Positions 1 to 15,623 of a stretch of 64,000 nt of DNA are shown in pieces. This DNA is from the human T2T-CHM13v2.0 reference genome, Homo sapiens: assembly GCF_009914755.1 (NCBI RefSeq), contig NC_060927.1; one strand, written 5' to 3'. Position numbers and translations under genes: made by a program. The notes under the pieces are model-generated. The model was not told the origin of the DNA and did no database searches. It was given only the letters and a program-made list of their open reading frames with translations. Position 1 is the first letter of the stretch. Each line of letters begins with the position of its first letter.

Positions 1-570
1 AGTTGTCTGCTGCCTTTTGTTCAGCTATGCCCTGTCCATAGAGGTGGAGTCTAGAGGCAGTAGGCATTGTTGAGCTGTGGTGGGCTCCGCCAAGTTCGAG
101 CTTCCTGGCTGCTTTGTTTACCTACTCAAGCCTCAGCAATGGCAGATGCCCCTCCCCAAGCCAGGCTGCCACCTCGCAGATTGATCTCAGACTGCTGCGC
201 TAGCAGTGAGCAAGGCTCCATGGGCATGAGACCTGCCGAGCCAGGCACGAGAGAGAATCACCTTGTCTGCCAGTTGCTAAGACCTTGGGAAAAGTACAGT
301 ATTTGGGTGGGAGTGCCCCATTTTTCCAGGTAGTCTGTCACGGCTTCCCTTGGCTAGGAAAGGGAAATCCCCTGGCCCCTTGTGCTTCCCGGGTAAGGCG
401 ATGCCCTGCCCTGCTTCAGCTCGCCCTCTGTGGGCTGCACCGACTGTCCAACCAGTCCCAATGAGATGAACCAGGTACCTCAGTTGGAAATGCAGAAATC
501 ACCCATCTTCTGCATGGCTCACACTGGGGGCTGCAGACTGGAGTGTTTCTATTCAGCCATCTTGGAACGC
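1..570 (-). mobile_element. L1PA-family LINE-1 5'UTR (element continues left of the window), antisense within IL20RB last intron
   Basis: Reverse complement of L1 5'UTR hallmarks: ...cagttggaaatgcagaaatcacc...ctgcagactggag...ttcagccatcttggaac at 480-568. Confidence 0.9.
139..333 (+). CDS. L1 ORF0-like open reading frame (64 aa) in the L1 antisense-promoter region
   Basis: MADAPPQARLPPRRLISDCCASSEQGSMGMRPAEPG...WVGVPHFSR aligns to primate L1 ORF0p (MAGAPPPASLPPCSLISDCCASNQRDSVGVGPSEPG...RVGVTRFSR); expression not shown. Confidence 0.6.
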   Translation: MADAPPQARLPPRRLISDCCASSEQGSMGMRPAEPGTRENHLVCQLLRPWEKYSIWVGVPHFSR

Positions 571-1029
571 AATCCCACCAAGTAAAAATCTAAAGCAAAA
601 CTATATATGGAAGGAAAATTATATTAATTCTGCCCAGTATATAGTCTCTGTTTAAAAATATAATTTATTTTCTTTGTCTTGCACCTGTATTTGCTTCATG
701 GGAATGGGTGCTTTGGTGCTGAAGGGTCTCAGTTTCCTTTCTGTGACTCACTTTATTCTTTCTCTTCTTGCTGTCACATTCTGCTGTAATGTAGGTAGCA
801 AGCATAAAGATGGTCCCAAATTAGTAATTCTTCAATGAACCGTCCAAGTATGACCTTGCATGCTTCATAGAAAGTGGAGTTTGTGAACTCAGATGCCTCT
901 GAGTCCACACAGGCTCTGGAAAGAAGAAAAAAAAGCAAAAGGAAAGAACTTGCAGTGCAATGAATGTAACTCAATAGGGAGGGGGATGGGGATCATGGCA
1001 AATATGTTTCATCTTCTCAGCGACAGCAG

Positions 1030-1220
1030 GTTGCTACCAAGAGGAAGTGTGAGCCAGTGCTGCCAGATCTCCAAGTTTTAAATGAGAAGCCCAGAAATCT
1101 AGATTTTTATGAGAAATCTCTTGATTTTTAAATGTTGAAAACTGATTCCGATTTTATAAAATATGCTGAGCTTTGCTTGAAAATTAGTTCTAAACTGTGG
1201 GACCACAGTTTTGCACCTTC
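1030..1220. mobile_element. hAT-Charlie MITE fragment (MER103C-like)
   Basis: tgccagatct...gagaagcccagaaatctagatttttatgagaaatctc resembles recalled MER103 consensus. Confidence 0.55.
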
Positions 1221-1266
1221 CAAAATTCTGAGATTATGATGTTTGTTTTACATTAATGTGCTAGAA

Positions 1267-1573
1267 CTGCACTGTCTAATACAGTAGCCACTAGTCATAT
1301 CTGTTAGACAGTAGAAATGTGGCTCGTCCAAATTGAGATGTATTTTAAATATAAAATATGGAATGGATTTTAAAGGCAGAATAAAACAAGAATATAAAAT
1401 ATTTCAGTCATTTTTTAAGTGACGTGTTAAAATGATAATATTTTGGATATATTTGTTAAATAAAATATATTATTAAAATTAGTTCCACCTGTTTCTTTTT
1501 ACTTTTAAAATGTGCTACCAGATTTTAAAAATTGCATATGTGATTCACATTATATTTCTATTGGACAGCACTG
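1267..1573. mobile_element. MER33-like hAT-Charlie DNA transposon
   Basis: Terminal inverted repeats ctgcactgtctaata / tattggacagcactg, AT-rich interior, flanks tgctagaa / ttctggaa resembling an 8-bp hAT target duplication. Confidence 0.8.
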
Positions 1574-1738
1574 TTCTGGAATTTAAAAAATGATCATGTA
1601 TGACCACTGCAGATGTAGGGAGTTAGTGTCCTGAGAATCTGACTGCACCAGCAGCAGCGAGCCAATGGGCTTCACACTAACACCCCCGCTTAGTGAATGC
1701 TGCTGTGTGTTGCCTCTTCCTGTTGGCATTTGCCCATG

Positions 1739-1882
1739 GACACCAAGAGTGAGCCTCTGTGGCTGCCTCTTTGCAAACAAGGATGAAGGGAGACTGGCTC
1801 AATGAAGCTGATGTCTCCTGAGGAACTGAGGTGGAGGAAACCATTGTGCCTATTTGTGCCCAGATGGTACCCTTGGGAGTGA
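1739..1882 (+). pseudogene. Putative decayed duplicate (pseudo-exon) of the IL20RB terminal coding exon
   Basis: Ungapped translation DTKSEPLWLPLCKQG*RETGSMKLMSPEEL vs exon KITNSPQKLISCRREEVDACATAVMSPEEL; 19-nt exact match 1809-1827 = 2830-2848. Confidence 0.55.
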
Positions 1883-2181
1883 TGAGGAGAAGGGCCGAGA
1901 GAGATAACTGTAGAAGAACCTAGAGATTTTGGCAGAGGTGAGCAGGCGAGTAATAGGTGGGAGAGTCCACCTGAAAAGTTGATGTCTGCATGTTTATAAC
2001 TAGTAATGATTGTGTACTGGGGCCACTGAAAGAAGATGGCGGGAACCTGAAATATGAGCAAGGAAGGGACTCCCATTTATGGAACATCCTCTCTGTATTG
2101 GGCACCATGCTAGGTGCTGTTCATAAAGCATCTCAGACCAGGTCATAATTCTCAGAGCTCTCTGGTGGAAGAAGGTTAGGG

Positions 2182-2470
2182 TTTTGTTGTTGTTGTTGTT
2201 GTTGAGACAGGGTCTTGCTCTGTTACCTAGGCTGGAGTGCAGTGGTGTGATCAGAGCTTAACTGCAGCCTTGACCTCCCAGGCTCAATTGATCCTCCTGC
2301 CTCAGCCTCACGAGTAGCTGGGACCACAGACATGTGCCACCATGCCTGGCTAGTTTATTTTTTGTGGAGAGGGAGCCTTGCTATGTTGCCCAGGCTGGTC
2401 TCTAAGTCCTGGGCTCAAGCGATCTGCCTGTTTCAGCCTCCCAAGGCAGGTGTGAGCCATCGCACCTGCC
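2182..2470 (-). mobile_element. Alu (AluJ-type)
   Basis: (TTG)n tail, gagacagggtcttgctctg...cctgggctcaagcgatc. Confidence 0.9.
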
Positions 2471-2759
2471 TTTAATTTTTTTTTTAAGAACCAGAATTAC
2501 ATTCTGGGTTTTTGTGGGGCAGGGTCTTAGAATGAGGAACTCTGACCAAGCAGGGCTTCAAGGGAACTGTAGGGTAGTGAACTGGGAGATATTCTTAGCA
2601 AATGTTGGAAGCCCCTGATCTAGGGCTTGAAATTGTTTTTTGGTTTTTGTTTTTGCTGCTTGGAAATTAATTAATCAAATAGTTAAAAATTTAATAATAT
2701 TCTTTAGTATTACTACTACTGCTATCCTCTAATGAATATTAATGAAAATTATTTTTCAG

Positions 2760-2870
2760 AAAATAACCAATTCACCCCAGAAGTTAATCAGCTGCAGAAG
2801 GGAGGAGGTGGATGCCTGTGCCACGGCTGTGATGTCTCCTGAGGAACTCCTCAGGGCCTGGATCTCATAG
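2760..2870 (+). CDS. IL20RB: Interleukin-20 receptor subunit beta, last coding exon (cytoplasmic tail)
   Basis: Acceptor atttttcag|AAA at 2759/2760; translates KITNSPQKLISCRREEVDACATAVMSPEELLRAWIS-TAG, the recognised human IL20RB C-terminus. Confidence 0.95.
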   Translation, partial: KITNSPQKLISCRREEVDACATAVMSPEELLRAWIS

Positions 2871-3725
2871 GTTTGCGGAAGGGCCCAGGTGAAGCCGAGA
2901 ACCTGGTCTGCATGACATGGAAACCATGAGGGGACAAGTTGTGTTTCTGTTTTCCGCCACGGACAAGGGATGAGAGAAGTAGGAAGAGCCTGTTGTCTAC
3001 AAGTCTAGAAGCAACCATCAGAGGCAGGGTGGTTTGTCTAACAGAACACTGACTGAGGCTTAGGGGATGTGACCTCTAGACTGGGGGCTGCCACTTGCTG
3101 GCTGAGCAACCCTGGGAAAAGTGACTTCATCCCTTCGGTCCTAAGTTTTCTCATCTGTAATGGGGGAATTACCTACACACCTGCTAAACACACACACACA
3201 GAGTCTCTCTCTATATATACACACGTACACATAAATACACCCAGCACTTGCAAGGCTAGAGGGAAACTGGTGACACTCTACAGTCTGACTGATTCAGTGT
3301 TTCTGGAGAGCAGGACATAAATGTATGATGAGAATGATCAAGGACTCTACACACTGGGTGGCTTGGAGAGCCCACTTTCCCAGAATAATCCTTGAGAGAA
3401 AAGGAATCATGGGAGCAATGGTGTTGAGTTCACTTCAAGCCCAATGCCGGTGCAGAGGGGAATGGCTTAGCGAGCTCTACAGTAGGTGACCTGGAGGAAG
3501 GTCACAGCCACACTGAAAATGGGATGTGCATGAACACGGAGGATCCATGAACTACTGTAAAGTGTTGACAGTGTGTGCACACTGCAGACAGCAGGTGAAA
3601 TGTATGTGTGCAATGCGACGAGAATGCAGAAGTCAGTAACATGTGCATGTTTGTTGTGCTCCTTTTTTCTGTTGGTAAAGTACAGAATTTAGCAAATAAA
3701 AAGGGCCACCCTGGCCAAAAGCGGT
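2871..3725 (+). other. IL20RB: IL20RB 3'UTR (contains a MIR fragment ~3080-3175 and a CA/CT/TA microsatellite ~3188-3240)
   Basis: Follows the stop codon and runs to just past AATAAA; exact cleavage site approximate. Confidence 0.85.
3695..3700 (+). terminator. Polyadenylation signal of IL20RB
   Basis: Canonical AATAAA preceded by a U/GU-rich tract. Confidence 0.85.
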
Positions 3726-3799
3726 CTTTAAAGTTCTAGTTACATTTTCAACCTCAAGTCCAGAGAGGCTCCAAAGGATACCTTTGGTCAAGAGGACTC

Positions 3800-3825
3800 G
3801 GGGTGGGGGTGGGGGTGGGGATGGG
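3800..3825 (+). other. G-quadruplex-forming (GGGGGT)n run
   Basis: ggggtgggggtgggggtggggatggg, five G-tracts. Confidence 0.7.
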
Positions 3826-5789
3826 AGCAGCGGAGGAGCAGCCCCAGAAGTCCAGAGCCCAGGGCTGCCTGGTTGGGGGCAGCCTCTGGCTGCATGAGAA
3901 CCCCAACTGAGGCAGCTGGCATAAGCTTCGCCTGGTTAGGTGCTCCTAAGCCTTTCCTGGAGGCCCCACCCCACAGGAAATCCCTGGGGAACCCTCTTTT
4001 CCTTGACAGCTTACTCAGGGTATCCCCAGCCCCTCTTAGTCTGCTCATTTAGGACCTACCTCTGGAAGCTTCTACCCACCCCTTTGCCCCACCAGGTGAA
4101 GAAAAGAGCCAACCACAGAGAAGGAATGATGGGAGGAAACTTCTTGAGGGGTGAAGGGATTGATGGGCAGGGCCTGCGCCTTGCTTTCTAACCCCCTCGA
4201 AGCTCTGGAGCCTCCAAGTTGGTTTATCTTCACCCTCACTTCCTGGGCCCTTTCCAGCCAGCCCAGTGGTGGGACAGTCTAACTGCATCAACTGGGTGTT
4301 TCCCCAGAGGCCCACAGCCCTTCACCACCTGGAGGGGTCTCTCCAGGAGCATGAGATCGCTCAAGACCCGTTCCTTCTTTTCCTTTGTGTTATTTTGTAT
4401 GCTTCTCTGTGTTGTTCGTTAGAGGGTGTGTGCTAATTTTATATTTGACCTAAACTAGAAACACACTTTCAGTTTGCAAAAACAAAGACCATATTACTAT
4501 TCCAGTCATCACCCTCCCTCCTCTCTCTTCCTGCCCCCTTATGGTGGGGTGGTGGGGGGCACTATCCTTCTGTCACAGCCCAGGCGCAGAACTGAGAAAG
4601 GACCCTGACCTCCATCTGCTTGAGTCTCTCACAACTATTCCCAGTGCCCATCCATTTTTTGGCATCTATAGGTACACAGAGATTTCTCTTGATTCTTCTG
4701 TTGTCTCCCCTTGCCCTGAATGTGCATTTATGGAGCCCCAGCCATGCACCCGACCTGCCAGCCCCCATTGGTGGAGGGGCTGCCTCCTCTACAGCTGGCT
4801 GTTCCCTCTCCCCTGGAGCACTTCTATCCCAAGTCCCCAGGCCTCCTCCCTGCCCCTCCAATGCATTTATCCCTACATCTGGACACTTACATGAGTGAAA
4901 AGGAATGTGATTAGTAATTACGGCAGGACCACAGCTGTAAATCGGGACTCCTCTGGGCAAACCAGGAGCCAGGTCACTCTCATCATAAGGCACAGCTTCC
5001 TGCCACATTCTTTTTCTAGAAGCTCCAACCCTCCAGATGCCCAGTCACTGAGTCCAGGGGCTCAGGCTCAGCACTACTGGCTTGCTTTGTTTTCACAGTT
5101 TCTCATTGAGTCCTGTGGGAATTGGGGGAAGTACTTGTGTGTGTGTGTTGTGGGGGGATAAGTATTTGGGAGCAGCCTAGAGTGGCTTCTGCTGTTTCAC
5201 TGAAGACTGTCTCTTGCAGGCCAACCCAGTAGAGTCCCCTGAGCCCCCAGAATCAAGCCCAGCTTTCTTAGTCCTGCCTTTAGGGTGCAACTGCCAGGGT
5301 CCAGTGAATAAAATCCCTGCTCCATGAGGCTTACATTCCAATGGGGTAAGGGAGAAATAATAACACAATAACAGTATTATTATTCAGTGAATTATTTAGT
5401 ATATTGGGAGTTTGTAAGTCACGGTAAAATGAAAAAGTAGAGCAGAAAACGGGGGCTGGGGGCAGGTTGCAGCCTCTTCAAAATGAAAGTGGATGGAAAC
5501 AATGGACCCAGAACTACCTGTCAGATAAGTCCCTGCATAGCCACATGGTGTGAGATATTATGAGAGATTCTAGAACAAAGTAATTTGGCAACAAATCCGT
5601 AGGTGTATGTAGTCTAAAACAAAAACTTTATTGAGTATTTATCCCTTTGTATTGATAGTGTATTTTTGCAACTATTATCTTATCAGATAAAGCAAGTAAA
5701 TAATATATATTTTGTATATTTTGATAAGAATCTAGATTTTAGGATTAGTGACAAGGAAGGCTAATTTTAGGATCCCAAATTTGACTAAG

Positions 5790-6370
5790 AACAGGGCACT
5801 GTTGGAACTGAATCAAACATATTAATATGAAGTCATGTCTTTATGAAACATGACATTAAAAATATTTTGACTTTTTTCCACTGAAACGGCCCAGGAGAAA
5901 TGTCACCTCCACAATGCATCTTAATGCTAAGATTTTGGTTTCTAGTGTTAGTTTTCTCCCAAAGGAGCCAAAGTTTCTTGGAGCAGTAATGGATGCCATG
6001 TCAGTTTGGAGTTGAAAGGTACAAGGTAATCTTAAAACACCTATACCTTTTTGAGACAGAAAGCAAAGCATTAAATAAGGGTCATTCAAAATTACACAAG
6101 GAACAATCTATACAGGGCTCCTCCTGGCCAAAGTTGGGACAATATAAGCACCAGAAGGAGAATATTGGCTGGCACAATTGATACCATATATTTGAAAAGT
6201 CATCAGTCCATGACACCCAAGAAGAGCGAAGCTACCATAATGCATTCTCAGAGAAGATGAATCTAATAGAATGCATTTCTACTTGTTATTCAATCGTGTT
6301 GGGCTTATCGACTCGTTTATCGTGTCAATGAGGAATACCAGTAAATGTAAATCCATCAGTCAGAAGGCAT
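5790..6370 (+). mobile_element. Old L1M (L1MC-like) 3'-region fragment
   Basis: aaaggagccaaagtttcttggag...ggctcctcctggccaaagttgggacaat resembles L1MC 3' end; homologous to 13800-14700. Confidence 0.5.
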
Positions 6371-6704
6371 TTTTTCTCCTCTAAAGGCTCCTCTCCGCCC
6401 CTTAACGTCCAGTCTTTCCCCACTTGGCTCTCCCTGTCCTGTCAAGGGGTTCGGTGGAAAAGTCTTTTAAGTTCCCTTCACAGAAGAATTGTAGACTCTG
6501 CCGGTCTAGTCTCTGGGCCAACCCTCCCCGTCTCTTTAGTAAAGATGTTTTTTATTATTTTCCTTGTGCCGTGTATTATCCTTAGGCTAGAGTAACTTTC
6601 CGGGCCTGCAGACCTCTTGGTTTCCTTTCAATCTGGAGGACTTGATCCCATGGCCAGCTTCGGAGCTCACCAGGAGGGGAAGACCCATTACATCCACGGG
6701 CGTC

Positions 6705-6723
6705 TGGCGCCACCTTGTGGTCA
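6705..6723 (-). promoter_or_regulatory. CTCF-binding motif (reverse orientation)
   Basis: Minus strand TGACCACAAGGTGGCGCCA, close match to the CCACNAGGTGGCG core; in non-repeat sequence. Confidence 0.7.
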
Positions 6724-7643
6724 GTGCTGAAAATGTTTTCTGTTCCCACTCGCAATGAAACTCCCTGGGCTTCCTGGATGAAGAAAGGAAAGCTCAGGTC
6801 GGTTTCCTAGAATAATAACTCAGTTACACAGTTTCCACGGGCTTGGTCCTTAACAAACCTCCACTGTCACTGGTGGAGTTAGAATTTAGCAGCCACCTTC
6901 TCCTCGCTCTGTGTCTGTATCTGTCCCGAGCTCATGGTTTGGGGCTTCACGCTGTACCCACGGCTCTCGCTCTTTTCTGGGACCTTGGCCTCTCGCACTC
7001 TCCTGTCTGTTGATCTTTCCACCATGCTGCCATTCCCTACCTCTCGGAAATAGACTTTTTTTGGATGTCTTTTTGTTTTCCTTCTGTGTGACCTATTTGT
7101 AGGATCCCTTTACTAGACTGACTTTCCAGGAGTGTTCCTCAGCCCCCGCACAGATCAGTAGGGAGGAGCCTGCCTGCTGCTTGCTCATGCTAAACCAGCG
7201 TGCTGCCCAGCCTGTGAAGTTTGGAACTGGAACACTAGAGTTGGCCCCAAATTACAGCTTTCTCTTCTGGCTCCTGGGACTCCCAGTTTCTTCAGCAACA
7301 ACAACAAAACCTGGAAAAACGTATCCTTGCCAGAGGTGGGAGAATGAGGCTCACAAAAGGAAAACACGGACCTTTCTTGTCTCCCCCAGTGAGAGGTTGC
7401 AAGATCAGGTTGTAAAACCCCATTAAGGAGGACCTTAGAGGAAGAACTGAGCAAGGAGCCTTCTCAGGTGCCTGCAAACATCTCCAAGAGCAAAAGTATA
7501 AATCCTCATATTGTGGAGGAGGTACATGTTCCTGGTTCCTTCACTGGACCTCACTGAGAAAATTAAACAAACAACAACAACAACAACTACGTTAAAAAAC
7601 AACCCCACAAAAACAAAAAAACAAAAACAAAAAAAACCCTGGT

Positions 7644-7997
<354 letters not shown>

Positions 7998-8242
7998 CTA
8001 AATTTTGCCTCTGTACCTAAAACAGCTCCTCTAGGAAGTGGCCACATGCCTCCAAATTTCCTGGAGATGCCAGCCAGTCTTCTATGAAATTGCCTCAGTA
8101 TAAGATTAGGCCTACAAAACATCATCTTGAGTTTCTGGCCCTAGGAGATCACAGCCCAGAAAGTAGGCCCCTCTGATGTCATCCCACCTGCATCAATCAC
8201 GAGGACAAGCTTTCCCAGGTGAAATCATTTCATTGACATTAA

Positions 8243-9004
<762 letters not shown>

Positions 9005-9644
9005 TGAAGAGTTTCAGTTTAGCTGATGGCAGCAAATAGAAGCTGAAATTTAAATACAAGTAACATTAAGTAACATCTCCCTCTGTTGCAACTTTGGGTT
9101 GACAAAGGCAAGGCTCAGGTTAAAGAACTGATAAAAACTTGGTCATGAGGTGTGGGTCTCATCATGTTGCTTAAAAACAAAAAGCCCAGCTTCCAGAGAT
9201 GTGCATGGTGTTGATTGTGGCAGAGGGTATGAGAAAGTGGGGCCCACTCTTTTCTTTGGCTAATGACTCATTTAAAAACTCATTTGTCACCTAAAACATT
9301 TATTCCAAAATTGGGATTTTTAAATTAAATGCTATTTAAAACTTCAGAAAGGAATTAAAAACTTGATAATTGAAACAGGTGATATGTCAATTCACCTTTT
9401 AAATTCAAATAATATAATTCAGAATAAATCATAAAATTTGGGAAGAATTTGGATTTCTTCACCAACACTAAATAGCTATTGCATAAGTGTGTGCTGTAAT
9501 TGTAAACACTGGTGTATTTTACAAACTGGTTTTATTGGAATCCATGTAGTCTGAAAATTGTATGATTCTGTAAAAAAGTTTCCACTTGAACTTTCTGAGA
9601 ATGGTTTAAAGGTGAAATAATCTGATACACTTCTCTGTCAATAA

Positions 9645-12379
<2,735 letters not shown>

Positions 12380-13799
12380 TGCTTATGTATTTTTAATTTA
12401 AACTTTATTGAAGTATATCTGGTTGTATTGTTATGGCATTTTCATTTCACTTTGGGAAGTTTGAATTTTCTATAGAGTTAAGGTAGTTGGTAATTGTGTT
12501 TTCCAAAGACTTCTGAGAATTTGGAAATCTACACTCTATTGGTCTGTAATTAAAATAAGGATGACAGCAATATATATGAAGCAAAGTCTACATTTTTATT
12601 CATAAGTCAAAAGAGAGTTTGGGCCAAAATCTTAAGATACTGCATTTATAGCTACTATTCTTGGCTAATCATAAAGAATCTGATCCTCCTGTGAGAAAAA
12701 AAAAAACTTTGGTTCTGGGTCAAGAAACTACTGATTGGGAGAACCATTTTGATTTTTCACTGAAAATCTTGATGTAATAACACATACCTGATATATTAGG
12801 TTGGTAAGGGGGTGTAGAATATTATAAAAGGAGGGAGAGCCTATAGCTCATAAAAAGGAGCAAGATAAATTAAAAGCTTGGAAGATAAGAACAGAATTAA
12901 AAAGAAAAAGAAAAAAACAAACAAACTCCTAAACCTGTGAAAGTAACATGGGTTTGATAGATAAAATGTCAGGGGCAAAACTGGCTAATTCAGCCAGAAA
13001 TCATGTGTGCCAATCTGGATTATACCCATGTATTAAACCATTGTAGATGGAGAAACACAACCGTCATGCAGAATATTGGCCACTGCGCTGCTGGAGGCTC
13101 CTCTATCACCTCACGGTAGGGAGGATCCCCTGTTTCCTGGTGGCTGCCAGTCACCCCCCTCTAGAGCTTTGGTCTGTCAGCTGTTCTGATGCCAGGGCCT
13201 CAAACTGCAAACAAAGGAGAACAGATGAGCCAAAGCTCTATACAGAGCCAAAGAGTCAGAGGTTATGAATGAGTTTAGAGCAAAGAGATTTTTAGCAAAT
13301 CCTTAGTGGAATGCCGTCTAAAAATAAACAAAAAAGAACTATTAGAAAAGTTGAGCTGTATTTGATAATTGGAAAATTTGCATTAATGTTGTAATATTAT
13401 TTTAGAACTAATTTTTCCAGACAAATAAGTGATCATTTATTTTGTTAGAAATCTAGACTTCTTAGCATAGGAGAAGAGGAACTACAATTGCAGAATCAAG
13501 AATTTGAGTAGGTGATGAATATTTCAATTACACTGATTTAATCTTTACCAGTGAGGTGAACGTATTAAATTATCACATGTACCCTGAAAATATGTGCATC
13601 TATGACTTATCAATAAAAAATTAAAAAAAAATAAAACCAGAATGGCACTGATGTTTCAAACCAAGCAAAAAATACCTTAATGGAATTCATAAAACTAAAA
13701 TTTCTAAAGAAAAACACTCTATCCCATAAATATGTACAATTATTATGTGTCAGCTAAAAATAAAAGAAAAAAGTAAAAAAATAATTTGATGAGGAACAC

Positions 13800-14700
13800 T
13801 TTATTGTTAGAACTGGACTGAAAAAATCAAGATAAATTCAAGCTTTTAAAAGAACAAAAATAGTAAATTAAAAATACGTATCCTTTGTCTCTCTGTCTAT
13901 TGAAATGCCCAGGAGCCATGTCACCTCACAATGCACTTTGGCACCCACATTCTGGTCTCTAATGCTCTTCTTACCAAAAGCGTCTTGGGAGGAATGGCAT
14001 ATTCCATACTTTGAGCTGGAAATTCAAGGAAATCCTAAACACTGAACAACAAGGCCAGAAATCAAGAAAGTTTGAATAAATTAGTAGAGTCAAAAGGACA
14101 GAGGAGCCATCTAAAAGGGGTTCTGCTGGCCAAAGTTGAGGCAACTTGAATGTCAAAAGGAGAGTATCGGCTGAAGCCAATGGGCATATGGTGGATTGGA
14201 GAAGCCATGAGTCCAAGATGATACATAAAAGGAGCAAAAGACTACGAGTAGTAAGAGAAAATGGAGAAAAAAACAGAGGATTTGTCAGCCAGGCGCGGTG
14301 GCTCACACCTGTAATCCCAGCACTTTGGGAGGCCGATGAGGGCAGATCACGACGTCAGGAGATCGAGACCATCTTGGTTAACACGGTGAAACCCCGTCTC
14401 TACTAAAAATACAAAAAATTAGCCGGGCGTGGTGGTGGGCTACCCGGGAGGCTGAGGCAGGAGAAAGGCGTGAACCTGGGAGGCAGAGCTTGTAGTGAGC
14501 CAAGATCACGCCACTGCACTCCAGCCTGGGCGACAGAGTGAGACTCTGTCTCAAAAAAAAAAAAAAAGAGGATCTGCCGAGTCATTTACATGTTGGCATG
14601 TTGGTATTATGTTGGTGTTAGTGATTCGTCTGTTGTGTAGATGAAGAAAACAAAAACTAGGAAACACAAATACATCAGTCAGAAGAAGTTGTATAGCTCA
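13800..14700 (+). mobile_element. Old L1M (L1MC-like) fragment interrupted by an Alu
   Basis: gcccaggagccatgtcacctcacaatgcac...ctggccaaagttgaggcaa; parallels 5790-6370. Confidence 0.5.
14287..14567 (+). mobile_element. AluY-type with internal deletion in the right arm
   Basis: gagatcgagaccatc, ggcgtgaacc and gagcttg diagnostics; TSD-like agaggatYtgYc. Confidence 0.85.
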
Positions 14701-15086
14701 AGGGGAAGTATGAGTGGAATGACCCTGTAAGTTGCGACTTTGAGTCACACAATGCCACATAAAATATCACAATTAAATTGGGAAACTGATTATACTCTTG
14801 CACTAGAAGGACCCATAACACTGATGCTTAGGAATTGAAGTTTGATGGATTCCGGCTGCTGGCTGGTGGTCAGTCCCCCTCATTTCTTACTGCATGGGGA
14901 TCGTTAAGTTAATAGTAAAAGTCCTGCTGAAAAAAAATTTTTCCACAACATTGATCAAAAAGAAAATTCTCTTTCAAGAAATAAATTAACTCAAACTTCA
15001 TAATAAGCCTGTACAAAGCTGACAAACTGGGCAATAGGTGTCATTAATTCCAAGAGTATTTAAGTATTTAACTTCAGTCAGAGCAC

Positions 15087-15316
15087 GAACACACTCACAC
15101 ACATACATACACACATACGTATACACACATACACACATACATATACACACATACACATACACACATACAAATACACACATACACATATACACACATTCAT
15201 ACTCATACATAAATACATACATATATAAATGTACACATATATAAACACACTTATACATCAATACACACATATACACACATGCAAGTATACACACACACAC
15301 ACATACACACGCACAC
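15087..15316. repeat. (CA)n/(CATA)n-rich simple repeat
   Basis: Degenerate cacatacacacatata array. Confidence 0.95.
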
Positions 15317-15349
15317 TTTGAAATGCCCTGAAAACTTACAGTTCATATT

Positions 15350-15623
15350 GTTAACTTATTTAAAAAACGCCAAAATTTATAAATTTAGAAAAGGAGAGAT
15401 CTTTTGGATCAACATGTAGAAATGAGATTCGGACTCAAAAAAAAGTTTTCAATAGGACTTTTCTAAATTTCTTATAAAAGGTTACAGCTTGCAAGGTGGC
15501 CATCCCACAGGCTGGAAAGCCTGCCTCTGGCCAAGACCAGAGACAGGCACTTTGAAGAAGGAGGGGTTGGGATAGGAGCTTTATGCTGAAAGGATTGGCT
15601 AAACACACATGTTCAACAGTTAC
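15350..15623 (-). mobile_element. ERV1-type LTR fragment (MER57-like)
   Basis: gttacagcttgcaaggtggccatcccacaggctggaaagc...ttggctaaacacacatgttcaac. Confidence 0.5.

Noticed and set aside
139-2870. In-frame ORF0-IL20RB tail fusion protein
   Set aside because: Donor at 329 is phase 2 and the exon acceptor is phase 0; splicing yields AGA AAA TAA.
4541-5161. Cluster of overlapping 60-150 aa ORFs downstream of IL20RB
   Set aside because: GC-rich, stop-poor sequence; no recognisable domain or exon structure.
14998-15300. His/Thr- and Cys/Val-rich ORFs (also 41911-42311)
   Set aside because: Translations of (CA)n-type simple repeats.
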